Shown: positions 17,780 to 30,702 of the stretch, piece by piece
Numbering within the stretch: position 1 is the first letter of the stretch
Layout: every line of letters begins with the position of its first letter
Origin: the human T2T-CHM13v2.0 reference genome, Homo sapiens
Direction: 5' to 3' (one strand)
Length of the DNA stretch: 64,000 bases
Assembly: GCF_009914755.1 (NCBI RefSeq)
Contig: NC_060935.1
The notes under the pieces: generated by a model
Databases searched by the model: none
What the model saw: the letters and a program-made list of their open reading frames with translations, nothing else
What the model was told of the DNA's origin: nothing
Position numbers and translations under genes: made by a program

Positions 17780-18200
17780 AGCCCAGTTCTCCCCTCTCTT
17801 TTGCTTTCAGTTCTTAAGAATAACCATAGAATGTGCTAGAAATGCAACACCCCGAGAGAGGGAGGGCTGACTGGAATAGCCTGAGCTCTGTCCCAGTCTT
17901 CCCCGGAAACATGATGTCCATCAACACTTTAGTCCAAAAGTCATATTGCCCCGGGGTATAAAACCCAGGAGGAGCTGCTTTCCAGGGTCCCTTAGTGGCG
18001 GCGCAAGGGAGCACATGCAGTCAAGACTCCGGTCAGCTTTCCTGAGCCTTATAGGCTGGCTCGGCCGAATCCCAGGCTTCTATTGTCCCTTGCTGCATAT
18101 CTGTAAGCAATGAACCAGTTCATGGAACTCGCTGTGTGGGCGGCTGGCTCACCAGGCTAGGACAAGGTGGTAAGCGGCGCGTGGTGAACCTGCTCCACAC
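17780..18200 (+). mobile_element. ERVL-class solo LTR (MER54/MER74/LTR53-like)
   Basis: aataaccatagaatgtgct..aatgcaaca, TATA-like ggtataaaacccagg at ~17955, tgtcccttgctgc..tctgtaag. Confidence 0.6.
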
Positions 18201-19380
18201 CTTGGGGCAGAGCTGTCAGGCCATTCAGTCCAATCCTGGGGTTTGGTGGTAGAAGGAAGCCCACCCACCCACAGGTCTAAGCCACCTTGGCCGGTATTGG
18301 CTTTGTTGGCAACAAGGGAGGAACTTGCTCTCTGTGGCTCTTACATCCTCGGTCTGTCTCTTTGTTGGTTAGTGGGGAGGTGAGGGTGGGCACCAGCATT
18401 TACTGGGGCCACTCAGACCCCAGCTGTCCCTGAGAGGGCTGCTGAGGAAGGAGTGGCAGACAGCGTGGATGCCGAGACCAGAGCCTGCCTCTGGGAAATG
18501 GACAGAGGCCTTGGAACCCATCCTCCCTTCACTGTCCTTGCCGTTAGGATGCCCTTCCCTGCATTCAGGGCCTCAGCTGCTCATCAGGATGGGGGGCACA
18601 TGAGATTGCCATTCTTGTAGGTTGACAAGAGTTCAATATTTGCTAGTTTGACATGATGCAACTGAACGGACCCCACGGCCGACTGCTCCTTGCTCCGATA
18701 AGTAGCTACTGAGCTGAAGGTCCCCGAGAAGTCTCAATGAGCAGAAGGCCCAGGCCCTGTGTCTGTTGGCGACCCCACACTGGGCTGTCGGAACTGGCTC
18801 CAGGGACCCCAAGAGGAGGCCCTCCCCAGCCTGGGAGGGGCCTGGATGGCACCTCTGAGTTGGGGCCTACAATGAGATCAGAGGGTGAGCTGAGCAGAGG
18901 ATGTGAATTCGAGTGCTAGGACCGCCCGAGGAGGGCGCTGGGTGGTACTGGGGAGGCAGAGACAACTCAGGAGGCTGAAAGTCCAGGGATGAGGGAGGCA
19001 GGGCCAGGCCACGAGGACAGAGGAGGCACTGTTCCCCACGGACCCTGGAACCAGGTCCCTGGTGCCCAGTGCTGGGTCCTGAGCAAGTTCTCCTGAGGGT
19101 TAAAACATTCACACCTGAGAAGGAAGGCAGGGTGGGGTGTGGGGGGATCTGAGGCCTCCGGAGGCTGCTGGGTGAAGGCTGGGAGTGCCAGAAGGGAGTA
19201 CTTCCAGGCTGGGGTGGCCCAGAGCCTCTCCCTGGCCCAGGGGACTCCTGCCAGGCTGGCTCCTGACCAGTCCCCAGGCGAGGGGAGCCTGCGGGGCGTC
19301 CCCCGACAGGGGCCGCTGAGGAAGAGGAGATGACAAATGCCCCGCAAAGGGCCACAGGGTGCAGCAGCCAGGGGCAGAGC

Positions 19381-19812
19381 CGTGTGTGCTCCTGTGTGTG
19401 TCTATGATAGTGTGTGTGTATGTGTGTGAGACAGTGTCTGAGAGTGTGTTGTGTGTCACTGTGTGTCACTGAGTGTGTGCCTATGAGCGTGTGTGTCTAT
19501 GAGTGTGTGTGTAGGTGTGGCAGTGTCTGAGTGTGTGTATATGTGTGTGTCTATGAGAGTGTGTATGTGTGTGAGTGTGACTGAGAGTGTGCTAGTGTAT
19601 GTGTGTCACTGAAAGGGTGTGTGAGCTGTCTGTGTGTGTGTGTCAGTGTCTATGAATGTGTGAGTGTGAGTGTCTGAGTGTGTTGTGTGTGTGTGCATGT
19701 GTGTCACTGAGAGTGCATGTGTGTCAATGTCTATGATGGTGTATGTTTGTCAGTGCCTGAGAGAGTATGTGTGTGTGTGTGTGTGTGAGTGTGTAGTGCA
19801 TGTACATGCATG
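19381..19812. repeat. Degenerate (TG)n-rich low-complexity tract
   Basis: Direct reading. Confidence 0.93.
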
Positions 19813-20254
19813 TTAAAACCCTTTAAAAATGTAAAAATCTTCCTCAGAAACTCAGTCATGGATGGAATGTGGCCCCCAGGCCAGAGTTCACCCAGCCCTG
19901 CCATAAAAGAAAGAAACGCGAGGAACGGAGTGGGGAGGTGGAGCAGATTTGTCAAAACAGGGGCAGTCAGAGCCTCTGCAGAGCTGATCGTGGGCTTCAG
20001 AGCAGAGCTAGGGGGCAGACGCAGCTGTCGCCACGGGAAGCATAGGAACCCTCAGAACCCCACGGGACCTACAAAGCCTAGAGCAAGCTGGAGTTCAGAG
20101 TTAACGGGAGAAGAAGGTGGCCGGAATGAGGGAAAGAGGCTTTCATGATCAAGGTGGAGTTTACCCCACGTGCATATGACCAAAACTCTGAAAAACAGTA
20201 TTTTTCTGAATAAACGTCTACCATGCCAAGCATGTTAGAAATGTTTGATTCAAA

Positions 20255-20468
20255 GAGAACACATGGACACAGGAAGGGGAACATCACACACCGGGGCCTG
20301 TTGTGGGGTCGGGGGAGAGGGGAGGGATAGCATTGGGAGATATACCTAATGCTAAATGACGAGTTAATGGGTGCAGCACACCAACATGGCACATGTATAC
20401 ATATGTAACAAACCTGCACGTTGTGCACATGTACCCTAAAACTTAAAGTATAATAATAATAAAAAAAA
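20255..20468 (+). mobile_element. 5'-truncated young L1PA (PA2/PA3-like) 3' UTR
   Basis: Near-consensus L1 3' end (gggatagcattgggagatatacctaatgctaaatgacgagttaatgg...accctaaaacttaaagtataat) plus poly-A; GAG (non-Ta) diagnostic. Confidence 0.95.
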
Positions 20469-20481
20469 GATGTTTGATTCA

Positions 20482-20782
<301 letters not shown>

Positions 20783-21616
20783 GAAATGTTTGATTCTGAT
20801 GTGATTCGTGCAGGGGTGATTTCAGAAGGTCAGAATGAACCCACTGAGAGGGAAAAGTCTTTGAACAAAAGGACAAAAGTCTCCAGAGTTAACCGCCATT
20901 TATGTCTAGCCTAACCATCTGAGGAAGGAACGTTCTAGAATCCCAGGGCCACCCCGCCCTAGGTTCCAATGAATGGCCCCTGGCTCTGCCCACAGCCAGG
21001 CCTGGCCTCACCTGCAGGTGATGTGCATGGCTCGGATTCAGTAATTAAGTCATAAAACACAAGGCTGGCTACTTAGAGCAGAATTACGAGGCATTGCGGC
21101 TTGTGAATACGGTAATCCAGCTTAATTAACACCGACTGGGAGAGCAAGGCGCAGGCTTCTGGGTTAAATCAGCCCATGCGGAAACCCTGGCCGCCGCTTA
21201 CCCTCATCACGCTATGCTGAGCATTTGTCATTGTGTGGAATAAAAATAAACCTGAGCTTGGAAAACTGGGCAGGTGACCCTGGAAAGGCCCGGAAACCAC
21301 CCAAGGCTGGCTCTCCAGGGCCTTTGTGTTAAAATGGAACAAATCCAGCAACCCTGAGAGGCGTATCCAGGGCAGGCGAGCTTCTCTGGGACAGGGGACA
21401 CACAGGCTGACCCGGCAGATGGCCAGGAGATGGACGGGGTGAATCATTGCAGGTGCCGTGCACAGCCGCCCCAGTCCCTTACCCACACCCTTCGTCCTGC
21501 AGGCTCGATCTCCCTTCAGGACCCCCGCTTTCTGCCCATGGCCCTGCCCAGGGGAGGCGGACCCCAGCCCAGCCTGTGACACTCTAAGGACTTCCTGAGG
21601 GTTCATCATTTCAGCC

Positions 21617-22113
21617 TGACAACCACCCTTGGGTTAGATTCTTATTGCTCGCTGTAATTAATTACTACAAATTTAGTGGCTTAAAACAACAAAAATGTTC
21701 TTACGTGCCAGTTCTGTAGGTCAGAGGGCCAACCCAGGGCTCAGGAGGCTGAGAGAGCGGCGTTGGCAGGGCTGGCTCCTTCCGAAAGCTCTCAGCGAGG
21801 GTCCTTTCCTGTCTCTTCCAGCTCTGGGGACCCCTGGCGTTCCTTAGCTGAGGGTTCATTACTCCAAGTTCTGCCTTGGGGGGTCCCATGGACTTCTCCC
21901 CTGCATGCATCAAATCTACCTCTGCCTCCCCCTTATAAGGACGCCTGTGGTCACACTCAGGCCCCCCTAAGCGATCCGTGATGACCTCCTGATTGCAGCA
22001 AGATCCCTCAGTTCATTGCATCTGCAAAGCCGCCTTTCCCATGGAAGGCAGTCGGTCGACAGGCTCTGGGGATAAGCACGTGGACATCTTGGGGACCCTT
22101 ATTCAGCTGGCCA
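21617..22113 (-). mobile_element. MLT1 (MaLR) LTR
   Basis: caaatttagtggcttaaaacaac...cagttctgtaggtcag...tcttccagctctggg...catctgcaaag. Confidence 0.75.
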
Positions 22114-22499
22114 CTGGCAGGCACAACTGGGCTCTGCGGAGAGGCTGCCCAGGGACCCTTCCAGGCAGTGATAACGCCTCAGGGCCCCTCTCTTCCCCAT
22201 CTCCCTCATTCTCTTTGGGGCTGTCCTGGCTGCCTCCATGAGGCGTGCTAGTCAGTGCCGGCTCACAGGGAGGAGGCCTCCATAACAGCAAGGCCCTTGG
22301 ATGCTGGAGGGTGAGACGCTGCCCAGTGTGAAATCTACCTCTGTTACCATGGGACTTGGAGGAGCACGTTTGGGGCTCAGCTCTGCTAACTGATGCTCAG
22401 GGAGGCAGGAGGGGAGAGTTTTAAAAGAGCCACAAAGTACCCCGGAACTTAGAAGGACACTTGAGGACCTTGTTTAAGACTGGAACAGAATGTCTATCC

Positions 22500-22686
22500 T
22501 GGGAGAGGGTGTGCTGGTCTCCCTCTCTCTTCTCATAAGGACACGGATCCCATCATGAGTCCCCACCCTCTGACCTCATCAAGCCCTAGCCCCCTCCCAA
22601 AGGCCCTGCTCCTGACACCATCCTGGTGGGGGTTAGGGTTCCAACATTTGAGTGTGGGGGTCACACAGACATTCGGTCCACGGCAC
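22500..22686 (-). mobile_element. MLT1 fragment
   Basis: cttctcataaggacac..atcccatcatgag...ggggttagggttccaacat. Confidence 0.7.
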
Positions 22687-23063
22687 CAAGCTGATGCTTC
22701 CTGGTGTCTGAGATGGGGAGAGGCCTCTGCATAGCCCGGCTGGCTCTTCTCTTTCCCAAGGCAGAAGAATCATTACCTTGCCGGGGCCTCATCAGAACAA
22801 AAATGTAATTGTTTTGTGCCTTTTAGAAACCTCCTGAGTTGGGAGAAATGGAGATTTTGGTGGCTGTCCATGAAGTACTTAATTAAGCAGAACAGGTAAT
22901 CCCATCGTTATTACAAGAAACACACAGAGCTCCAATATCTGTGGAAATGCAGTTGCCTGTGGGCCTGGAGGCTGCCTGCCCCGCCTGGTCTCCCCCACCC
23001 CCACCATGGGCGCCTTCCTTCACAACTATCTGGGTTGTTGCATTAAGGCTTGTCTTGCCCCCA

Positions 23064-23439
23064 GACAAAATGTGGAGTCTGTTGTTACCGTCTGAATGTC
23101 TGTATCCCCCCAAGTTCCTATGTTGACACATTTGGAGACAGGGCCTTTATTGGAGGTAACTCGGGTTATACGAGGTCATAAGGGTGGGGCCCTGATCCAA
23201 TGGGATTAGTGTCCTCATAAGAAGAAACTCCAGACAGCTTGGTGGCACTTTCACACACACTCTCTCTCTCTCCTCTCTCTGCCATGTGAGGAAGCCAGCT
23301 GCCTATAAGCAGGAAGCGACCCCTCACCAGGAACCAAATTGCTGGCACCTTGATCTGGGACTTCTAGTCTCCAAATAAATGCTTGTTTAAGCCCCCTGGT
23401 CTGTCGAACCTTATTACAGCAACCCAAACTGAATAAGAC
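23064..23439 (+). mobile_element. MLT1A/MST-type MaLR LTR
   Basis: gggtggggccctgatccaatgggattagtgtcctcataagaaga...aataaatgcttgtttaagcc. Confidence 0.8.
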
Positions 23440-23739
23440 ATGTGGGGTCCGGTATGACGTAATATCTGTGTGACCACAACAGGCCTCAGTTTCTCCATCT
23501 GAAATGGGGATGGATGGTAACAGCACCTGCCTCAAAGGCTGTGGGGGCTGAAATGAAAGCTCAGGCACCAAGGCACCGGGATCGGGCAGGGTGTGATCCC
23601 GACTTCACCTCTACAGGCTCACATCAATGACAGCAGCCCCTGGGCAGCCTGCTCTGACCTCCCAGGAAGACCCAATTTCTGGGGTGTCCAAGGGGCAGTC
23701 CTAGACACTTGAGGAGATTAAGTGTCATAAGACATCAGC

Positions 23740-23860
23740 CCCTCTTGTCCTGATCACTATTTTGCAGATGAGGAAACCGAGGCAGGAGCGGCCAGGGTAC
23801 TCATTTGAGGTCACAGGTGGAACATGCGAAGCAGAACCCAGACCAGCTTGGAGCCCAGCA
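23740..23860 (+). mobile_element. MIR
   Basis: attttgcagatgaggaaaccgaggc...gaggtcacag core. Confidence 0.7.
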
Positions 23861-24892
23861 CTGCATGGCTATTGCTTATGCCCTGCACACCATCTGCCCA
23901 TTTCTTTCTGGCCTGGCTCCTGCCTCTGCCCCACCACACTGCCAGATGCACACCAAAGGCTGTGCCCCTACAGCACCCTTGGCGAGGACGTGGCCCATGG
24001 CAGGTGCTTGGGAAATACGGGTGGACTGGGTGGAAGGAAGGAAGGAGAGAGGGGACTGGAAATTCTTCCCAGCTCCTTCATTTCCCAGATGGAAGGTGAT
24101 TTCATCAGATGGGAGGTCTGATACGGTAGCCCCAGCCATGCGTGGCTGCTTACATTACAAAACAACCCAGGCAAGTGAGTGTAGAAGGGGAGACTCTGCC
24201 TGAGGACGTGGGTATGGGGAAGAATGATGGAGATACATGGGGATGATCCATTGCTGTAACTCTTCTGGAGACACCCATAAATGATCCCAGAAAAGCATGA
24301 TTGAGGGCTTAATGGCAGAGGTGATCAAGTGTGACTGACAGGTGTTGCCGACAGACATCCCAGCCTGCACACCCCCAGGCCTGGCCAGCTCTTCTGTCCA
24401 CACAGGAGGGGTGAGGGCCAACTTCTGAGCTCGTTTCTCTTCCCGGCTCTGTCCACACGGTGCCGGGAGGTTCTGGAGCTGAGCCCAGCGCCATGTGGAG
24501 GGGCCTGGCCCACCTTGCTGGGCTGGCTGCCCCAGGCACATTGGGGCAAAGGGGTGTTTGCCTGTCACTAGTGGGGTGGGTGAGCCTGACAAGAACAGCT
24601 GGTCAACCACTCCTCGGCTCCTTCTAGAACCATCCAAACCCAGCAGGATGTCCAATGGAATGGACGTCTCCAATCCAACACAGCACCGCAACTTCCCCTG
24701 CCTGCCAAAGGCTTCCCCGTCTCAGCAAAGGGCCCCACAGCTGCCCGGCAGTGTATGGAAGAGCCCAGGACTCAACTCATGTCAACCCCCGCCCCCACCT
24801 GTGCTGTGCCCCAAAACCACCCCCAGCCTCAGTCCTCTCCACCCCGGTGTTTGATGTGGAACAGCCGCCAATGGGGCTTCCTGACCCTCTGT

Positions 24893-25235
24893 GCGAGTGT
24901 CCTGGGCTTTTGTTACAAAGCAACACAAACTGGGGGGCTTAAAACAACAGAAATTGATTCACTCACAGTTCAGGCGGCCTCCAGTCCAAGACCAAAGCTT
25001 CTGGGAGGGGCCATCCGTTCCGGGGCCCTCCCTCAGCTCCAGGGGCTGCGGCCACCCTGGTGCCCTCCCCTTGGCTTGTAACTGCACCTGCCAGCCTCTG
25101 CACGTGGCCTTCTGCTCATGATCTCAAGATCTCATCTCAAGATCCTTAACTATAAATGACATCTAAGGACATCTGCGAAGACCGTGTTTCCAAATGAGAT
25201 TCCCAGTGGACACAGTTCTGTGGAACACCATCCAA
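24893..25235 (-). mobile_element. MLT1 (MaLR) LTR
   Basis: cacaaactggggggcttaaaacaacagaaattgattcactcacagttc...catctgcgaagaccgtgtttccaaatgag. Confidence 0.75.
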
Positions 25236-25364
25236 CCCCCTACTGTCTCCAATCCAGTCTCCGAACGGAAGTCAAACAAGCTGAACAACACACACGCGCA
25301 AGCACCACTGCTCCCTGCCACAAACCCTGTCACCTGGGGAGTAGAGTCTAAATTCTTCTCCACA

Positions 25365-25660
<296 letters not shown>

Positions 25661-26105
25661 ATTCCTCTCCACATCCTGTGGGGCCTGTGCCTGCCTCTCC
25701 CACCCTTCCCGCACTTGGGTGCGTGGCCTCTGCCCCTCCAGGTCCCCAGGCGGTTTTTGCCTCTGGGGCTCTGAGCCCACCTCCTCCGAGGCTGTTGCCA
25801 ACCTTCCCTGCCGGCCAGCACTGCACAGCTATTGCTTATGCTCCATGCACCATTTGCCCTTTTGGAGGATCATCGTTATTTATTCATTTCTTTCTGGCCT
25901 GGCTCCTGCCTCTGTCCCATCATGCAGCCAGATGCACCCCGAAGGCTGCGCCCCCACAGCACCCTTGATGAGGACACGGCCCATGGCAGGTGCTTGGGAA
26001 ATATGGGTGGACTGGCTGGAAGGAAGGAAGGAAGGAGAGAGGGGACTGGAAATTCTTCCCAGCTCCTTCATTTCCCAGATGGAAGGTGGTTTTCATCAAA
26101 TGGGA

Positions 26106-26300
26106 GGTCTGATACAGTAGCCCCAGCCACCCGCGGCTGCTTAAGTTTCAATTAATTGATATTAAATACGTAAAACTAAGAATTAGCTCCTCAGCCACAC
26201 TGGCTGCATTTTGAGTGCTCAATAGCTGTGTGTGGCCAGTGGTGCCATATCGAGCACATGGGACATTTCCAGAAAGTTCTACCAGACAGAGTTGCTTTAG
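26106..26300 (-). mobile_element. MER3-like hAT-Charlie MITE
   Basis: gtagccccagccac..ggctg..ttaagtttcaattaatt...ctcctcagccacactggctgcattttgagtgctcaatagc...acatttccagaaagttcta. Confidence 0.75.
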
Positions 26301-27048
26301 ACCAAGGAAGGAGAGAGAATTCAGGGCTGTCAGCATTATGAAGGTCCCAGGGCATCTCTTCCAGCCTATGGCCCCTCCCAGGCCAGGGCAGGGTGTGGAC
26401 AGCAACAGAGACCCCACTGGGGAGCTGGGGTATAGGATGGGTCACAACTCAGGGCTAAGGGTGCGCCCAGAGCTGCCACCAAGAACTGGAGCCATGGGAG
26501 GCAGGGCACCTTCGTCCCTGTGCAGGGAGGGGCAGCCTTGGGTGTGGACTTCTGGGAGCAGAGGCCCTGGTTTCCCTAGGGGAGGGGTGGGCCCGGAGCT
26601 TCCTGGGAGCCTGCAGCCTCAGGAGGGGCTGAGGCCGGGGGAGTGTGCAGGACTAACGGACACCATGCCTGCCACTTCCTGAGCTGAGGGCAGAGCTGAT
26701 GGGGGCGGGCTGTCACCTGCATGGTCTTATTCCCAGGCTTGCATCCTACCCCTCTCCCCCATGGAGGAGGTGGGAATGGAGCAACGCCCCCAGCCAATCC
26801 CCTGGTTCCCTGGTGCTCCCAAGGGATTCCTGCCAGCTCTGCGGCCCTCAGACTTGAGGCCAGGGGGTGTTGGACACACTGCACCCCTCACAGAGAGAGG
26901 AACAACCATCCCCTCCTGCCTGAGCCAGGATTCACCCCCAGACATCCCTCAGAATCCATTTCCATCTTTCCAAAGAGATGCTCCCATGGCCACAACCTGC
27001 TTCAAAAAAAAAAAAAAAGAAAAAGCCTCAAACCGTCTTTCCCTTAAG

Positions 27049-27280
27049 GCAGCAGTCCTCAGCCAGGGGTGATGGTGCCCCCCCCAAACCCCAGGGAACC
27101 AGAGGAGGAACCAGGGAACCACGTGTCAACGTCTGGAGACATTCTTGGTTTTCACAACTGGGGGCTGGTGCTGGCATGGAGTGGGGAGAGGCCAGGCTGC
27201 TGCTGGACACCCCACAGTGTGCAGGAGGGGCCCGCAGCAGAGTGATCCTCCTAGAAACGTCCCCGGTGTCGTCCTGGGGC
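27049..27280 (+). mobile_element. MER20 DNA transposon
   Basis: ctcagccaggggtgat...aacgtctggagacattcttggttttcacaactgggg...gaggccagg..gctgct. Confidence 0.75.
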
Positions 27281-27374
27281 AACACTGTCCCAGTTCCACA
27301 CCTGGCAGGGCGGCTCTGCGAAATGCCCCCACCCAGAGCCTGGTCTCTATCGGCTCCCTCACCTGGTGGCCTGC

Positions 27375-28072
27375 GGGGGGTGTCCCAAGGGTTCTCACCA
27401 GGAGTTTAGCCAATGTACAGTTCGAGAGAACAGCCCCCACAAGACCACCCTTCCTCAATTCAGACACCAGCTGCAAGTTCTGGGGGTCTCCAAGACCACC
27501 CTCAGGTTTGGTGATTTGTGGGAAAGACTCGTAGAACTCACTAAAAGCACCTATGCTCACAGTTATGGTTTATTACAGCAAAGGGATCCAGGCTGAGATC
27601 AGGCAAGGACAGGCAGGCGTGGGGGGCAGAGTCCAGGAGGGTCCAGACATGGGGTGTCTGCCGTCCTCCCTGGGAAAGTGGGGATAAGTCCCTCCCAGAG
27701 ATGACGTGTGACAACACGCATGGGGCATTGCCGCCAGGGATGCTCCCAGACCTTTGGTGTCCCGAGTCTTTGCTGGGGCTCTGTCACACACTGCCTTGGT
27801 GGCAGGGCTTTAGTTTCCAGCTCCTCCTGGAGGTTAGGGCTAATCCTTCTGGTCTCCAGTTTCTTCTGGAGGTCCAAGCTGATGTGGCATGACCCAGAGC
27901 TCCCACCATAAATCACACTGTCAGACTGTCCAGCAGTCAAAGCCCCCAGGCAAACAGAGACACATACATCAGGCAGGATATTCTGGGAGCCCAGAGACCA
28001 CCTCCCAGGAGGTGAAGGCAAAGGTTAGCTCTCTCTTTGGATCAAGTTGGTGCTTCACTACCCAGACCTCCC
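27375..28072. mobile_element. MER21-family ERV LTR
   Basis: caagaccaccctcaggtttggtgatttg..gaaagactcgtagaactcactaaaagc..tatgctcacagttatggtttattacagc. Confidence 0.75.
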
Positions 28073-29611
28073 TCCCTCCATTTTAGATCAGAAAACTGAG
28101 GCCCAGACCTTAGGAAATCTGAGCAGGCTCTGAGCAGTGGAGGATGTGGGCTCTGAGCCAGTCCCTGCACTCTCCTCTTTTACTCAGGCCCCTCCGCTCC
28201 CCAAGTCCCCTGCCTCCCAGAGGTCCACAAGCCCAAGCTGGGGGAAATCTCAGTGCAGCCTCTTGGATCTCTGTGCAAAAATGAAAAAAAAAAAAAAAAA
28301 AAAAAAAAAGACACGTTTGTGCATAAAATACACACTGTAGAGGAAGGAAAAATGCAGGAAGAGAAGTTTCCAGTAATTCACCCCATGGCAACCACCAGGC
28401 CAGCGTGGGACCTGGAGTATTAATCCTCTAAACCTGGGGCCCCTCCCGCTCGGAGGGCTGAGGGCTGCAGGCCTCTGGGGCCTCCCCGCCTCCAGTTCCG
28501 CTGCCTTGTTCTCACTCCCAGGCAGCCTCCGTCCCAGCCTCCCATCCCGGCTGAGCATGGTACCCCGCACACACGGTTGCTAAGAAACCGTTGCCAAGAG
28601 TCACAACTCAGCTGGCAACGGAAAACACCCCCAGCAGCACCGTTTGCTGGGCCCATTTAGGAAGACATGTTTTCTGGTCCACTCAATGCCTCATCCTCTT
28701 TGCAAACATTTCAAACGTTTTCTTTTACATGGCTTCTAGATATCACTTAGCATGCACTCTATATTTAGGAACGGTTATGAAACAAACATATCACCCACAA
28801 TATCTGCACTGACTATGGCATGAAGCCTGGTACTGGGATCAAGAGGCAGGGAGACACCAGGGAAAAATCCTGCCTCATATCACAGCGAAGCCTGGTGCTC
28901 CTGGCTGATTTGGGAGCTTGTCGGTAAGTCTCATCTGGTCAAGTTCGACAACCCCCAGGTGGCAAGCTTTACGCCACAAAGCCCATTGGACTGCAGGAAA
29001 CAGGAAAGATGGACAGCTCTAGTCCTCGGCCAGAGGCAGAGCTCGTCAGTCAGTCTCATCTGGTCTAATCCCACAACCGCCGAGTGGCAAGCTTTATGCC
29101 ACAGAGCCCACTGGACTGCAAGAAACAGGAGAGACCGATGGCTCCAGCCCTGGACCAGAGGCTACTATCCCTGTAGTACCTCTGAAAGGCCAATCCTTGT
29201 AGCAGCCCTGAAAGGTCCAGATGCAGCCCCTTATTCTGCAGAGGAGGAGTCCAAGGTGGCCACCCACAGGAGGCAGAGCTGGCCTCTGTTGCTGTAGTGG
29301 AGAAATACTGCACCCCAAGCCACATCATGACACTCTTCAGCCCAGAGTGGGCAGCCTGAAGAGGAAAGACTCCATCCCAGCAAGGATGAAGGCTGCGGTT
29401 CCCAGGTCCTCCGTCAGCACGTATCTCATTTCCTGGGCACCCAAGACAGGGACCCCGGGAGGCCCTTTGGTTGGCTTTGGCGCAGCCGTGAAGGTCAGAT
29501 GGGAGCCTGGAGGTGGGGGGCGTGGGGGTGGCATGGTGTTGGGGGACTTTGTCCCTGAAGTGTCTCCTCTCACAGCTCGCTCTAGCACTAAAGGTTCCTG
29601 TTTTTGAGGTT

Positions 29612-29997
29612 TGTGATATTAGAGTTGTTCCCCAAAATTCCGATTTTCCTCCTTCTTGGGCACACACAGGGCTGCAGGTCTCCACCCTCCTGAAGTTAGG
29701 TGCGGCCAAGTGAGCCGGCGGCTGCAGGGACGTGTGTCACTCCAGGAAAGATGAAGACCAACTCACCACCCACCACACTGCCCTTGAACCCAGATGTGGC
29801 AACTATAAATGGATGATGGTCCAGCTGGTGGGGGCGTCACCCAACCCGGTTCCTAAGTGAGGAGGGCAAAGGACAGCACCCAGCAGACCTGACAGGGCAG
29901 TGAGAGTGAGCAGGAAATAAGCCTTTGTTTTTTTAAGCCATGGCAACCTGGAGATTATTTGCTACTGCAGCCTAACCCCGCTGTCCTGACTGTTACA
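29612..29997 (+). mobile_element. Old MLT1 LTR
   Basis: gagcaggaaataagcctttgtttttttaagcca...ggagattatttgctactgcagcctaacc..tcctgactg. Confidence 0.65.
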
Positions 29998-30009
29998 GGT
30001 CAGGTGGCT

Positions 30010-30371
30010 ACAGCAGAATAGCCCTTATCCTAAACGCTTGGACTAGAAGTATTCTGGATTGCATATATTTTTGGATTTTGGAATATTTGCATGTACATTT
30101 GGTATATCTGCACATATAATCACATATATCCTGGAGATGGGACCCAAGTCTAAATATGAAATTCACGTATGCCTTATACACATAGCCTGAAGGTAATTTT
30201 ATACAACATTTAAAGAATTTTGTGCATGAAACAGTTTTCATTGTGTTTTGACTGGGACTTACCCCATGAGGTCAGGCTTGGAATTTTATACCTGTGGCAT
30301 CATGTTGATGCTCAAAAAGTTTGGGGTTTTAGAGCATTTTGGATTTTGGATTTTTAGATGAGCTCAACCTG
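30010..30371. mobile_element. Tigger4/MER46-type DNA transposon
   Basis: cccttatcctaaacgcttggactagaagt...ttttggattttggaatatttgca...gctcaacctg terminus. Confidence 0.75.
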
Positions 30372-30431
30372 GATTGGACCTCAAAGGGTGCCCTTATACA
30401 AGGTCAACATGCCTAGCAAGGAAGAGAGTTG

Positions 30432-30702
30432 TTTTTTGTTTTTTTTTGAAACAGAGTCTCGCTCTGTCGCCCAGGCTGGAGTGCAATGGTGTGAGCTTGG
30501 CTCACTGAAATAGCGGCCTTCCAGCTTCAAGCGATTCTCCTGCCTCAGCCTCCTGAGTAGCTGGGATTACAGGCGCATGCCACCATGCCCAGCTAATTTT
30601 TGTATTTTTAGTAGAGACGGGGTTTCACCATGTTGGCCAGGCTGGTCTCGAACTCCTGACCTCAGGTGATCCACCCGCTTCAGCCTCCCACCATGCCTGG
30701 CT
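30432..30702 (-). mobile_element. AluS with a small deletion near its 5' end
   Basis: Alu reverse sequence; TSD gagagtt. Confidence 0.9.
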
